This document shows positions 26,200-39,959 of a stretch of DNA of 64,000 bases, piece by piece. The stretch is from Eledone cirrhosa (Eukaryota). The first letter of the stretch is position 1, and each line of letters starts with the position of its first letter. The translations under genes were made by a program, and so were the position numbers. Under the pieces are notes generated by a model that worked only from the letters and a program-made list of their open reading frames with translations, searched no databases and was not told the origin of the DNA. The stretch is taken from the NCBI GenBank assembly GCA_964016885.1, contig OZ024740.1, positions 16,740,001 through 16,804,000 of the forward strand. Reading direction: 5' to 3'.

Positions 26200-28330
26200 G
26201 GAGTCATCAGTGTAAATATGGTGGCTTCTAGACAGAGCTTTACAGGGAGATATCAGAGTAAATATGGTGGCTTCTAGACAAAGATTTACAGGGAGACATC
26301 AGTGTAAATATGGTGGCTTCTAGACAGGTTTACTGGGAGACATCAGTGTAAATATCGTGGCTTCTAGACAAAGCTTTACAGGGAGACATCAGTGTAAATA
26401 TGGTGGCTACTAGACAGAGATTTACAGGGAGACATCAGTGTAAATATGGTGGCTTCTAGACAGAGCTTTACAGTGAGACATCAGTGTAAATATGGTGGCT
26501 TCTGGACAGAGGTTTACAGGGAGATATCAGTGTAAATATGGTGGCTTCTAGACAGAGCTTTGCAGGGAGACATCAGTGTAAATATGGTGGCTTCTGGACA
26601 GAGGTTTACAGGGAGACATCAGAGTCAATATGGTGGCTTCTAGACAGAGGTTTACAGGGAGACATCAGTGTAAATATGGTGGCATCTGGACAGATGTTTA
26701 CAAGGAGACATAAGTGTAAATATGGTGGCTTCTAGACAGAGCTTTGCAGGGAGACATCAGTGTAAATATGGTGGCTTCTGGAGAGAGGTTTACAGGGAGA
26801 CATCAGAGTAAATATGGTGGCTTTTAGACAGAGGTTTACAGGAAGACATCAGTGTAAATATGTTGGCATCTGGACAGAGGTTTACATGGAGACATCAGTG
26901 TAAATATGGTGGCTTCTGGATAGAGATTTACAGAGAGACATTAGTGTAAATATGGTGGCTTCTAGACAGAGCTTTACAGGGAGATATCAGAGTAATTATA
27001 GTGTCTTCTGGACAGAGCTTTACAGGGAGTCATCAGTGTAAATATGGTGGCTTCTAGACAGAGCTTTACAGGGAGACATCAGTGTAAATATGGTGGCTTC
27101 TGGACAGAGGTTTACAGGGAGATATCAGTGTAAATATGGTGGCTTCTAGACAGAGCTTTGCAGGGAGACATCAGTGTAAATATGGTGGCTTCTAGACAGA
27201 GCTTTACAGGGAGATATCAGAGTAAATATGGTGCCTTCTGGACAGAGTTTTACAGGGAGACATCAGTGTAAATATTGTGGCTTCTGGATAGAGGTTTACA
27301 GGGAGACATCAGTGTAAATATGGTGGATTCTGGACAGAAGTTTACAGGGAGACATTAGTGTAAATATGGTGGCTTCTGGACAGAGGTTTACAATGAGACA
27401 TCAGTGTAAATATGGTGTCTTCTGGACAGAGCTTTACAGGGAGACATTAGTGTAAATATGGTGGCTTCTAGACAGAGCGTTACAGGGAGATATCAGAGTG
27501 AAAATGGTGGCTTCTGGACAGAGGTTTACAGGGAGATATCAGTGTAAATAAGGTGGCTTCTGGACAGAGCTTTACAGGGAGACATCAGTGTAAATATGGT
27601 GGCTTCTGGACAGAGGTTTCCAGGGAGATATCAGTGTAAATATGGTGTCTTCTGGACAGAGCTTTACAGGGAGATATCAGAGTAAATATGGTGGCTTCTG
27701 GACAGAGGTTTACAGGGAGATATCAGAGTAAATATGGTGGCTTCTAGACAAAGCTTTACAGGGAGTCATCAGTGTAAATATGGTGGCTTCTAGACAGAGC
27801 TTTACAGGGAGATATCAGAGTAAATATGGTGGCTTCTAGACAAAGATTTACAGGGAGACATCAGTGTAAATATGGTGGCTTCTAGACAGGTTTACTGGGA
27901 GACATCAGTGTAAATATCGTGGCTTCTAGACAAAGCTTTACAGGGAGACATCAGTGTAAATATGGTGGCTACTAGACAGAGCTTTACAGGGAGACATCAG
28001 TGTAAATATGGTGGCTTCTAGACAGAGCTTTACAGTGAGACATCAGTGTAAATATGGTGGCTTCTGAACAGAGGTTTACAGGGAGATATCAGTGTAAATA
28101 TGGTGGCTTCTAGACAGAGCTTTGCAGGGAGACATCAGTGTAAATATGGTGGCTTCTGGACAGAGGTTTACAGGGAGACATCAGAGTCAATATGGTGGCT
28201 TCTAGACAGAGGTTTACAGGGAGACATCAGTGTAAATATGGTGGCATCTGGACAGATGTTTACAGGGAGACATCAGTGTAAATATGGTGGCTTCTAGACA
28301 GAGCTTTGCAGGGAGACATCAGTGTAAATA
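26200..28330 (+). repeat. Duplicated block at 1562 bp (34x46-2) offset
   Basis: Near-identical pseudo-ORFs at 26538 and 28100. Shared variants CAAAGATTT, GGCTACTAG, CAGTGAGAC and GAGTCAAT occur in the same order. Confidence 0.85.
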
Positions 28331-30909
28331 TGGTGGCATCTGGACAGAGGTTTACAGGGAGACATCAGTGTAAATATGGTGGCATCTGGACAGAGGTTTA
28401 CAGGGAGACATTAGTGTAAATATGGTGGCTTCTAGACAGAGCTTTACAGGCAGATATCAGAGTAAATATAGTGTCTTCTGGACAGAGCTTTACAGGGAGA
28501 CATCAGTGTAAATATGGTGGCTTCTAGACAGAGCTTTACAGGGAGACATCAGTGTAAATATGGTGGCTTCTGGACAGAGGTTTACAGGCAGATATCAGTG
28601 TAAATATGGTGGCTTCTAGACAGAGCTTTGCAGGGAGACATCAGTGTAAATATGGTGGCTTCTAGACAGAGGTTTACAGGGAGACATCAGCGTAAATATG
28701 GTAGCTTCTAGACAGAGCTTTACAGGGAGATATCAGAGTAAATATGGTGGCTTCTAGACAAAGCATTACAGGGAGACATCAGTGTAAATATGGTGGCTTC
28801 TAGACAGAGGTTTACTGGGAGACATCAGTGTAAATATGGTGGCTTCTAGACAAGATTTACAGGGAGACATCAGTGTAAATATGGTGGCTTCTAGAAAGAG
28901 CTTTACAGGGAGACATCAGTGTAAATATGGTGGCTTCTGGAGAGAGGTTTACAGGGAGATATCAGTGTAAATATGGTGGCTTCTAGACAGAGCTTTGCAG
29001 GGAGACATCAGTGTAAATATGTTGGCTTCTGGACAGAGGTTTACAGGGAGACATCAGAGTAAATATGGTGGCTTCTAGACGGAAGTTTACAGGGAGACAT
29101 CAGTGTAAATATGGTGGCTTCTGGACAGAGCATTACAGAGAGACATTAGTGTAAATATGGTGGCTTCTAGACAGAGGTTTACAGAGAGATATCAGAGTAA
29201 ATATGGTGGCTTCTAGACAGAGGTTTACAGGGAGACATCAGTGTAAATATGGTGGCTTCTAGACGGAGCTTTACAGGGAGACATCAGTGTAAATATGGTG
29301 GCTTCTGGACAGAGGTTTACAGGGAGACATTAGTGTAAGTATGGTGGCTTCTAGACAGAGCTTTACAGGGAGATATCAGTGTTAATATGGTGGCTTCTGG
29401 ACAGAGGTTTACAGGGAGACATCAGTGTAAATGTGATGGCATCTGGACAAAGGTTTACAGGGAGACATCAGTGTAAATATGGTGTCTTCTGGACAGAGCT
29501 TTACAGGGAGACATTAGTGTAAATATGGTGGCTTCTAGACAGAGCTTTACAGGGAGATATCAGAGTAAATATGGTGGCTTCTGGACAGAGGTTTACAGGG
29601 AGACATCAGTGTAAATATGGTGGCTTCTAGACAGAGGTTTACAGGGAGACATCAGTGTAAATATGGTGGCTTCTAGACGGAGGTTTACAGGGAGATATCA
29701 GTGTAAATATGGTGTCTTCTGGACAGAGGTTTACAGGGAGATATCAGAGTAAATATGGTGGCTTCTAGACAAAGCTTTACAGGGAGACATCAGTGTAAAT
29801 ATGGTGGCTTCTAGACAGAGGTTTACTGGGAGACATCAGTGTAAATATGGTGGCTTCTAGACAAAGCTTTACAAGGAGACATCAGTGTAAATATGGTGGC
29901 TTCTAGACAGAGCTTTACAGGGAGACATCAGTGTAAATATGGTGGCTTCTAGACAGAGCTTTACAGGGAGACATCAGTGTAAAAATGGTTGCTTCTGGAT
30001 AGAGATTTACAGGGAGACATCAGTGTAAATATGGTGGCTTCTGGACAGAAGTTTACAGGGAGACATCTGTGTAAATATGTTGGCTTCTAGACAGAGGTTT
30101 ACAGGGAGACATCAGTGTAAATATGGTGGCTTCTGGATAGAGGTTTACAGGGAGACATCAGTGTAAATGTGATGGCATCTGGACAAAGGTTTACAGGGAG
30201 ACATCAGTGTAAATATGGTGGCTTCTGGACAGAGGTTTACAGGGAGTCATCAGTGTGAATATGATGGCTTCTGGACAGAGCTTTACAGGGAGACATCAGT
30301 GTAAATATGGTGGCTTCTGGACAGATGTTTACAGGGAGACATCAGTGTAAATATGGTGGGTCCTAGACAGGTTTACAGGGAAACATCTGTGTAAATATGG
30401 TGGCTTCTGGACAGAGGTTTACAGGGAGACATCAGTGTAAATATGGTGGCTTCTAGACAAAGCTTTACAGGGAGACATCAGTGTAAATATTATGGCTTCT
30501 AGACAGAGCTTTACAAGGAGACATCAGTGTAAATATGGTGGCTTCTAGACAGAGCTTTACAGGGAGACATCAGTGTAAATATGGTGGCTTCTGTACAGAG
30601 GTTTACAGGGAGTCATCAGTGTAAATATGGTGGCTTCTAGAGAGAGCTTTACAGGGAGATATCAGAGTAAATATGGTGGCTTCTAGACAAAGCTTTACAG
30701 GGAGACATCAGTGTAAATATGGTGGCTTCTAGACAGGTTTAATGGGAGACATCAGTGTAAATATCGTGGCTTCTAGACAAAGCTTTACAGGGGGACATCA
30801 GTGTAAATATGGTGGCTTCTAGACAGAGCTTTACAGGGAGACATCAGTGTAAGTATGGTGGCTTCTAGACAGAGCTTTACAGGGAGACATCAGTGTAAAT
30901 ATGGTGGCT

Positions 30910-33740
30910 TCTAGACAGAGCTTTGCAGGGAGACATCAGTGTAAATATGGTGGCTTCTCGATAGAGGTTTACAGGGAGACTTCAGAGTAAATATGGTGGC
31001 TTCTAGACAGAGGTTTACAGGAAGACATCAGTGTAAATATGGTGGCATCTGGACAGAGGTTTACAGGGAGACATCAGTGTAAATATGGTGGCTTCTGGAT
31101 AGAGCTTTACAGAGAGACATTAGTGTAAATATGGTGGCTTCTAGACATAGCTTTACAGGGAGATATCAGAGTAAATATAGTGTCTTCTGGACAGAGGTTT
31201 ACAGGGAGACATCAGTGTAAATATGGTGGCTTCTAGACAGAGCTTTACAGGGAGATATCAGTGTAAATATGGTGGCTTCTGGACAGAGGTTTACAAGGAG
31301 ACATCAGTGTAAATATGGTGGCTTCTAGACAGAGCTTTACAGGGAGACATTAGTGTATATATATTGGCTTCTAGACAGAGCTTTACAGGTAGATATCATT
31401 GTAAATATGGTGGCTTCTAGACAGAGCTTTACAGGGAGATATCAGAGTAAATATGGTGCCTTCTGGACAGAGGTTTACAGGGAGACATCAGTGTAAATAT
31501 GGTGGCTTCTGGATAGAGGTTTACAGGGAGACATCAGTGTAAATATGGTGGATTCTGGACAGAGGTTTACAGGGAGACATTAGTGTAAATATGCTGGCTT
31601 CTGGACAGAGATTTATAGGGAGATATCAGTGTTAATATGGTGGCTTCTGGACAGAGGTTTACAATGAGACATCAGTGTAAATATGGTGTCTTCTGGACAG
31701 AGCTTTACAAGGAGACATTAGTGTAAATATGGTGCTTTCTAGACAGAGCGTTACAGGGAGATATCAGAGTGAATATGGTGGCTTCTGGACAGAGGTTTAC
31801 AGGGAGATATCAGTGTAAATATGGTGGCTTCTGGACAGAGCTTTACAGGGAGACATCAGTTTAAATATGGTGGCTTCTAGAAAGAGGTTTACAGGGAGAC
31901 ATCAGTGTAAATATAGTGGCTTCTAGACAGAGGTTTACAGGGAGACTTCAGTGTAAATATGGTGGCTTCTAGACGGAGGTTTACAGGGAGATATCAGTGT
32001 AAATATGGTGTCTTCTGGACAGAGCTTTACAGGGAGATATCAGAGTAAATATGGTGGCTTCTGGACAGAGCTTTACAGGGAGATATCAGAGTAAATATGG
32101 TGGCTTCTAGACAAAGCTTTACAGGGAGACATCAGTGTAAATATAGTGGCTTCTGGAGAGAGGATTACAGGGAGACATCAGTGTAAATATGTTGGCTTCT
32201 AGACAGAGATTTACAGGGAGACATCAGAGTAAATATGGTGGCTTCTAGATAGAGGTTTACAGGGAGACATCAGAGTAAATATGGTGGCTTCTAGACAGAG
32301 GTTTACAGGGAGACATCAGTGTAAATATGGTGGCATCTGGACAGATGTGTGCAGGGAGACATCAGTGTAAATATGGTGGCTTCTAGACAGAGCTTTGCAG
32401 GGAGACATCAGTGTAAATATGGTGGCTTCTGGACAGAGGTTTACAGGGAGACTTCAGAGTAAATATGGTGGCTTCTAGACAGAGGTTTACAGGAAGACAT
32501 CAGTGTAAATATGGTGGCATCTGGACAGAGGTTTACAGGGAGACATCAGTGTAAATATGGTGGCTTCTGGATAGAGCTTTACAGAGAGACATTAGTGTAA
32601 ATATGGTGGCTTCTAGACATAGCTTTACAGGGAGATATCAGAGTAAATATAGTGTCTTCTGGACAGAGGTTTACAGGGAGACATCAGTGTAAATATGGTG
32701 GCTTCTAGACAGAGCTTTACAGGGAGATATCAGTGTAAATATGGTGGCTTCTGGACAGAGGTTTACAAGGAGACATCAGTGTAAATATGGTGGCTTCTAG
32801 ACAGAGCTTTACAGGGAGACATTAGTGTATATATATTGGCTTCTAGACAGAGCTTTACAGGTAGATATCATTGTAAATATGGTGGCTTCTAGACAGAGCT
32901 TTACAGGGAGATATCAGAGTAAATATGGTGCCTTCTGGACAGAGGTTTACAGGGAGACATCAGTGTAAATATGGTGGCTTCTGGATAGAGGTTTACAGGG
33001 AGACATCAGTGTAAATATGGTGGATTCTGGACAGAGGTTTACAGGGAGACATTAGTGTAAATATGCTGGCTTCTGGACAGAGATTTATAGGGAGATATCA
33101 GTGTTAATATGGTGGCTTCTGGACAGAGGTTTACAATGAGACATCAGTGTAAATATGGTGTCTTCTGGACAGAGCTTTACAAGGAGACATTAGTGTAAAT
33201 ATGGTGCTTTCTAGACAGAGCGTTACAGGGAGATATCAGAGTGAATATGGTGGCTTCTGGACAGAGGTTTACAGGGAGATATCAGTGTAAATATGGTGGC
33301 TTCTGGACAGAGCTTTACAGGGAGACATCAGTTTAAATATGGTGGCTTCTAGAAAGAGGTTTACAGGGAGACATCAGTGTAAATATAGTGGCTTCTAGAC
33401 AGAGGTTTACAGGGAGACTTCAGTGTAAATATGGTGGCTTCTAGACGGAGGTTTACAGGGAGATATCAGTGTAAATATGGTGTCTTCTGGACAGAGCTTT
33501 ACAGGGAGATATCAGAGTAAATATGGTGGCTTCTGGACAGAGCTTTACAGGGAGATATCAGAGTAAATATGGTGGCTTCTAGACAAAGCTTTACAGGGAG
33601 ACATCAGTGTAAATATAGTGGCTTCTGGAGAGAGGATTACAGGGAGACATCAGTGTAAATATGTTGGCTTCTAGACAGAGATTTACAGGGAGACATCAGA
33701 GTAAATATGGTGGCTTCTAGATAGAGGTTTACAGGGAGAC
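30910..33740 (+). repeat. Tandem duplication of a 32-monomer (1472 bp) segment
   Basis: TTCAGAGT at 30981/32453, ACATAGC at 31145/32617 and GTATATATAT at 31355/32827; all offsets are exactly 1472 = 32x46. Confidence 0.9.
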
Positions 33741-36700
33741 GTCAGTGTAAATATGGTGGCTTCTAGACAGAGATTTACAGGGAGACATCTGTGTAAATAT
33801 GGTGGCTTCTGGACAGAGGTTTACAGGGAGATATCAGTGTAAATATAGTGGCATCTAGACAGAGGTTTACAGGGAGACATCAGTGTAAATATGGTGGCTT
33901 CTAGACAGAGCTTTACAGGGAGATATCAGAGTAAATATGGTGGCTTCTAGACAAAGCATTACAGGGAGACATCAGTGTAAATATGGTGGCTTCTAGACAG
34001 AGGTTTACTGGGAGACAGTGTAAATATGGTGGCTTCTAGACAAAGCTTTACAGGGAGACATCAGTGTAAATATGGTGGCTTCTAGACAGAGCTTTGCAGG
34101 GAGACATCAGTGTAAATATGGTGGCTTCTGGACAGAGGTTTACAGGGAGACATCAGAGTAAATATGGTGGCTTCTAGACAGAGCTTTACAGGGAGACATC
34201 AGTGTAAATATGGTGGCTTCTAGACAGAGCTTTACAGGGAGACATCAGTGTAAATATGGTGGCTTCTAGACGGAAGTTTACAGGGAGACATCAGTGTAAA
34301 TATGGTGTCTTCTGGACAGAGCTTTACAGAGAGACATTAGTGTAAATATGGTGGCTTCTAGACAGAGCTTTACAGGGAGATATCAGAGTAAATATGGTGG
34401 CTTCTGGACAGAGGTTTACAGGGAGACATCAGTGTAAAAATGGTTGCTTCTGGACAGAGGTTTACAGGGAGTCATCAGTGTAAATATGGTGGCTTCTGGA
34501 CAGAAGTTTACAGGGAGACATCAGTGTAAATATGTTGGCTTCTAGACAGAGGTTTACAGGGAGACATCAGTCTAAATATGGTGGCTTCTGGATAGAGGTT
34601 TACAGGGAGACATCAGTGTAAATATGGTGGCTTCTGGAGAGAGGTTTACAGGGTGTCATCAGTGTGAATATGGTGGCTTCTGGACAGAGCTTTACAGGGA
34701 GATATCAGTGTAAATATGGTGGCTTCTGGACAGAGCTTTACAGGGAGACATCAGTGTAAATATGGTGGCTTCTGGACAGATGTTTACAGTGAGACATCAG
34801 TGTAAATATGGTGCGTCCTAGACAGGTTTACAGGGAGACATCTGTGTAAATATGGTGGCTTCTGGACAGAGGTTTACAGGGAGACATCAGTGTAAATATG
34901 GTGGCTTCTAGACAGGTTTACTGGGAAACATCAGTGTAAATATCGTGGCTTCTAGACAAAGCTTTACAGGGAGACATCAGTGTAAATATGATGGCTTCTA
35001 GACAGAGCTTTACAAGGAGACATCAGTGTAAATATGGTGGCTTCTAGACACAGCTTTACAGGGAGACATCAGTGTAAATATGGTTGCTTCTGGACAGAGG
35101 TTTACAGGGAGATATCAGTGTAAATATGGTGGCTTCTAGACAGAGTTTACAGGGAGACATCAGTGTAAATATGGTGGCATCTGGACAGATGTTTACAGGG
35201 AGACATCAGTGTAAATATGGTGGCTTCTAGACAGAGCTTTGCAGGGAGACATCAGTGTAAATATGGTGGCTTCTAGACAGAGCTTTACAGGGAGACATCA
35301 GTGTAAATATGGTGGCTTCTGTACAGAGGTTTACAGGGAGTCATCAGTGTAAATATGGTGGCTTCTAGACAGAGCTTTACAGGGAGACATCAGTGTAAAT
35401 ATGGTGGCTTCTAGACAGGTTTACTGGGAGACATCAGTGTAAATATCGTGGATTCTAGACAAAGCTTTACAGGGAGACATCAGTGTAAATATGGTGGCTT
35501 CTAGACAGAGCTTTACAGGGAGACATCAGTGTAAATATGGTGGCTTCTAGACAGAGCTTTACAGGGAGACATCAGTGTAAATATGGTGGCTTCTAGACAG
35601 AGCTTTGCAGGGAGACATCAGTGTAAATATGGTGGCATCTGGACAGATGTTTACAGGGAGACATCAGTGTAAATATGGTGGCTTCTAGACAGAGGTTTAC
35701 AGGGAGACATCAGTGTAAATTTGGTGGCTTCTGGACAGAGGTTTACAGGGAGACATCAGAGTAAATATGGTGGCTTCTAGACAGAGGTTTACAGGAAGAC
35801 ATCAGTGTAAATATGGTGGCATCTGGACAGATGTTTACAGGGAGACGTCAGTGTAAATATGGTGGCTTCTGGATAGAGCTTTACAGAGAGACATTAGTGT
35901 AAATATGGTGGCTTCTAGACAGAGCTTTACAGGGAGATATCAGAGTAAATATGGTGGCTTCTGGACAGAGGTTTACAGGGAGACATCAGTGTAAATATGG
36001 TGGCTTCTAGACATAGCTTTACAGGGAGATATCAGAGTAAATATAGTGTCTTCTGGACAGAGGTTTACAGGGAGACATCAGTGTAAATATGGTGGCTTCT
36101 AGACAGAGCTTTACAGGGAGATATCAGTGTAAATATGGTGGCTTCTGGACAGAGGTTTACAAGGAGACATCAGTGTAAATATGGTGGCTTCTAGACAGAG
36201 CTTTACAGGGAGACATTAGTGTATATATATTGGCTTCTAGACAGAGCTTTACAGGTAGATATCATTGTAAATATGGTGGCTTCTAGACAGAGCTTTACAG
36301 GGAGATATCAGAGTAAATATGGTGCCTTCTGGACAGAGGTTTACAGGGAGACATCAGTGTAAATATGGTGGCTTCTGGATAGAGGTTTACAGGGAGACAT
36401 CAGTGTAAATATGGTGGATTCTGGACAGAGGTTTACAGGGAGACATTAGTGTAAATATGCTGGCTTCTGGACAGAGATTTATAGGGAGATATCAGTGTTA
36501 ATATGGTGGCTTCTGGACAGAGGTTTACAATGAGACATCAGTGTAAATATGGTGTCTTCTGGACAGAGCTTTACAAGGAGACATTAGTGTAAATATGGTG
36601 CTTTCTAGACAGAGCGTTACAGGGAGATATCAGAGTGAATATGGTGGCTTCTGGACAGAGGTTTACAGGGAGATATCAGTGTAAATATGGTGGCTTCTGG

Positions 36701-39440
36701 ACAGAGCTTTACAGGGAGACATCAGTTTAAATATGGTGGCTTCTAGAAAGAGGTTTACAGGGAGACATCAGTGTAAATATAGTGGCTTCTAGACAGAGGT
36801 TTACAGGGAGACTTCAGTGTAAATATGGTGGCTTCTAGACGGAGGTTTACAGGGAGATATCAGTGTAAATATGGTGTCTTCTGGACAGAGCTTTACAGGG
36901 AGATATCAGAGTAAATATGGTGGCTTCTGGACAGAGCTTTACAGGGAGATATCAGAGTAAATATGGTGGCTTCTAGACAAAGCTTTACAGGGAGACATCA
37001 GTGTAAATATAGTGGCTTCTGGAGAGAGGATTACAGGGAGACATCAGTGTAAATATGTTGGCTTCTAGACAGAGATTTACAGGGAGACATCAGAGTAAAT
37101 ATGGTGGCTTCTAGATAGAGGTTTACAGGGAGACGTCAGTGTAAATATGGTGGCTTCTAGACAGATATTTACAGGGAGACATCTGTGTAAATATGGTGGC
37201 TTCTGGACAGAGGTTTACAGGGAGATATCAGTGTAAATATAGTGGCATCTAGACAGAGGTTTACAGGGAGACATCAGTGTAAATATGGTGGCTTCTAGAC
37301 AGAGCTTTACAGGGAGATATCAGAGTAAATATGGTGGCTTCTAGACAAAGCATTACAGGGAGACATCAGTGTAAATATGGTGGCTTCTAGACAGAGGTTT
37401 ACTGGGAGACAGTGTAAATATGGTGGCTTCTAGACAAAGCTTTACAGGGAGACATCAGTGTAAATATGGTGGCTTCTAGACAGAGCTTTGCAGGGAGACA
37501 TCAGTGTAAATATGGTGGCTTCTGGACAGAGGTTTACAGGGAGACATCAGAGTAAATATGGTGGCTTCTAGACAGAGCTTTACAGGGAGACATCAGTGTA
37601 AATATGGTGGCTTCTAGACAGAGCTTTACAGGGAGACATCAGTGTAAATATGGTGGCTTCTAGACGGAAGTTTACAGGGAGACATCAGTGTAAATATGGT
37701 GTCTTCTGGACAGAGCTTTACAGGGAGACATTAGTGTAAATATGGTGGCTTCTAGACAGAGCTTTACAGGGAGATATCAGAGTAAATATGGTGGCTTCTG
37801 GACAGAGGTTTACAGGGAGACATCAGTGTAAATATGGTGGCTTCTAGACAGAGGTTTACAGGGAGACATCAGTGTAAAAATGGTTGCTTCTGGACAGAGG
37901 TTTACAGGGAGTCATCAGTGTAAATATGGTGGCTTCTGGACAGAAGTTTACAGGGAGACATCAGTGTAAATATGTTGGCTTCTAGACAGAGGTTTACAGG
38001 GAGACATCAGTCTAAATATGGTGGCTTCTGGATAGAGGTTTACAGGGAGACATCAGTGTAAATATGGTGGCTTCTGGAGAGAGGTTTACAGGGTGTCATC
38101 AGTGTGAATATGGTGGCTTCTGGACAGAGCTTTACAGGGAGATATCAGTGTAAATATGGTGGCTTCTGGACAGAGCTTTACAGGGAGACATCAGTGTAAA
38201 TATGGTGGCTTCTGGACAGATGTTTACAGTGAGACATCAGTGTAAATATGGTGCGTCCTAGACATGTTTACAGGGAGACATCTGTGTAAATATGGTGGCT
38301 TCTGGACAGAGGTTTACAGGGAGACATCAGTGTAAATATGGTGGCTTCTAGACAGGTTTACTGGGAAACATCAGTGTAAATATCGTGGCTTCTAGACAAA
38401 GCTTTACAGGGAGACATCAGTGTAAATATGATGGCTTCTAGACAGAGCTTTACAAGGAGACATCAGTGTAAATATGGTGGCTTCTAGACACAGCTTTACA
38501 GGGAGACATCAGTGTAAATATGGTTGCTTCTGGACAGAGGTTTACAGGGAGATATCAGTGTAAATATGGTGGCTTCTAGACAGAGTTTACAGGGAGACAT
38601 CAGTGTAAATATGGTGGCATCTGGACAGATGTTTACAGGGAGACATCAGTGTAAATATGGTGGCTTCTAGACAGAGCTTTGCAGGGAGACATCAGTGTAA
38701 ATATGGTGGCTTCTAGACAGAGCTTTACAGGGAGACATCAGTGTAAATATGGTGGCTTCTGTACAGAGGTTTACAGGGAGTCATCAGTGTAAATATGGTG
38801 GCTTCTAGACAGAGCTTTACAGGGAGACATCAGTGTAAATATGGTGGCTTCTAGACAGGTTTACTGGGAGACATCAGTGTAAATATCGTGGATTCTAGAC
38901 AAAGCTTTACAGGGAGACATCAGTGTAAATATGGTGGCTTCTAGACAGAGCTTTACAGGGAGACATCAGTGTAAATATGGTGGCTTCTAGACAGAGCTTT
39001 ACAGGGAGACATCAGTGTAAATATGGTGGCTTCTAGACAGAGCTTTGCAGGGAGACATCAGTGTAAATATGGTGGCATCTGGACAGATGTTTACAGGGAG
39101 ACATCAGTGTAAATATGGTGGCTTCTAGACAGAGGTTTACAGGGAGACATCAGTGTAAATATGGTGGCTTCTGGACAGAGGTTTACAGGGAGACATCAGA
39201 GTAAATATGGTGGCTTCTAGACAGAGGTTTACAGGAAGACATCAGTGTAATTATGGTGGCATCTGGACAGATGTTTACAGGGAGACGTCAGTGTAAATAT
39301 GGTGGCTTCTGGATAGAGCTTTACAGAGAGACATTAGTGTAAATATGGTGGCTTCTAGACAGAGCTTTACAGGGAGATATCAGAGTAAATATGGTGGCTT
39401 CTGGACAGAGGTTTACAGGGAGACATCAGTGTAAATATGG
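32610..39440 (+). repeat. Tandem duplication of a 74-monomer (3394 bp) segment; the second copy has one extra monomer
   Basis: ACATAGC at 32617/36011, GTATATATAT at 32827/36221 and the 3-bp-deletion GGAGACAGTG at 34011/37405 (offset 3394 = 74x46-10). Downstream the offset becomes 3440 (GTGCGTCCTA at 34811/38251), i.e. +46. Confidence 0.9.
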
Positions 39441-39959
39441 TGGCTTCTAGACAGAGGTTTACAGGGAGACATCAGTGTAAAAATGGTTGCTTCTGGACAG
39501 AGGTTTACAGGGAGTCATCAGTGTAAATATGGTGGCTTCTGGACAGAAGTTTACAGGGAGACATCAGTGTAAATATGTTGGCTTCTGGACAGAGCTTTAC
39601 AAGGAGACATCAGTGTAAATATGGTGGCTTCTGGACAGATGTTTACAGGGAGACATCAGTGTAAATATGGTGCGTCCTAGACAAGTTTACAGGGAGACAT
39701 CTGTGTAAATATGGTGGCTTCTGGACAGAGGTTTACAGGGAGACATCAGTGTAAATGTGGTGGCTTCTAGACAGGTTTACTGGGAAACATCAGTGTAAAT
39801 ATCGTGGCTTCTAGACAAAGCTTTACAGGGAGACATCAGTGTAAATATGATGGCTTCTAGACAGAGGTTTACAAGGAGACATCAGTGTAAATATGGTGGG
39901 TTCTAGACACAGCTTTACAGGGAGACATCAGTGTAAATATGGTGGCTTCTGGACAGAGG

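Noticed and set aside
18030-28297. Seven 60-76 aa ORFs in the ORF track (18030, 18712, 20606, 21341, 25067, 26538, 28100)
   Set aside because: They are translations of the 46-bp repeat cycling through three frames. They exist only where point variants (GTCAAT, GTGAAA, GTTAAT) or a +1 insertion bypass the recurring TAA/TAG stops. There is no gene context, and near-identical ORFs just mark duplicated blocks.
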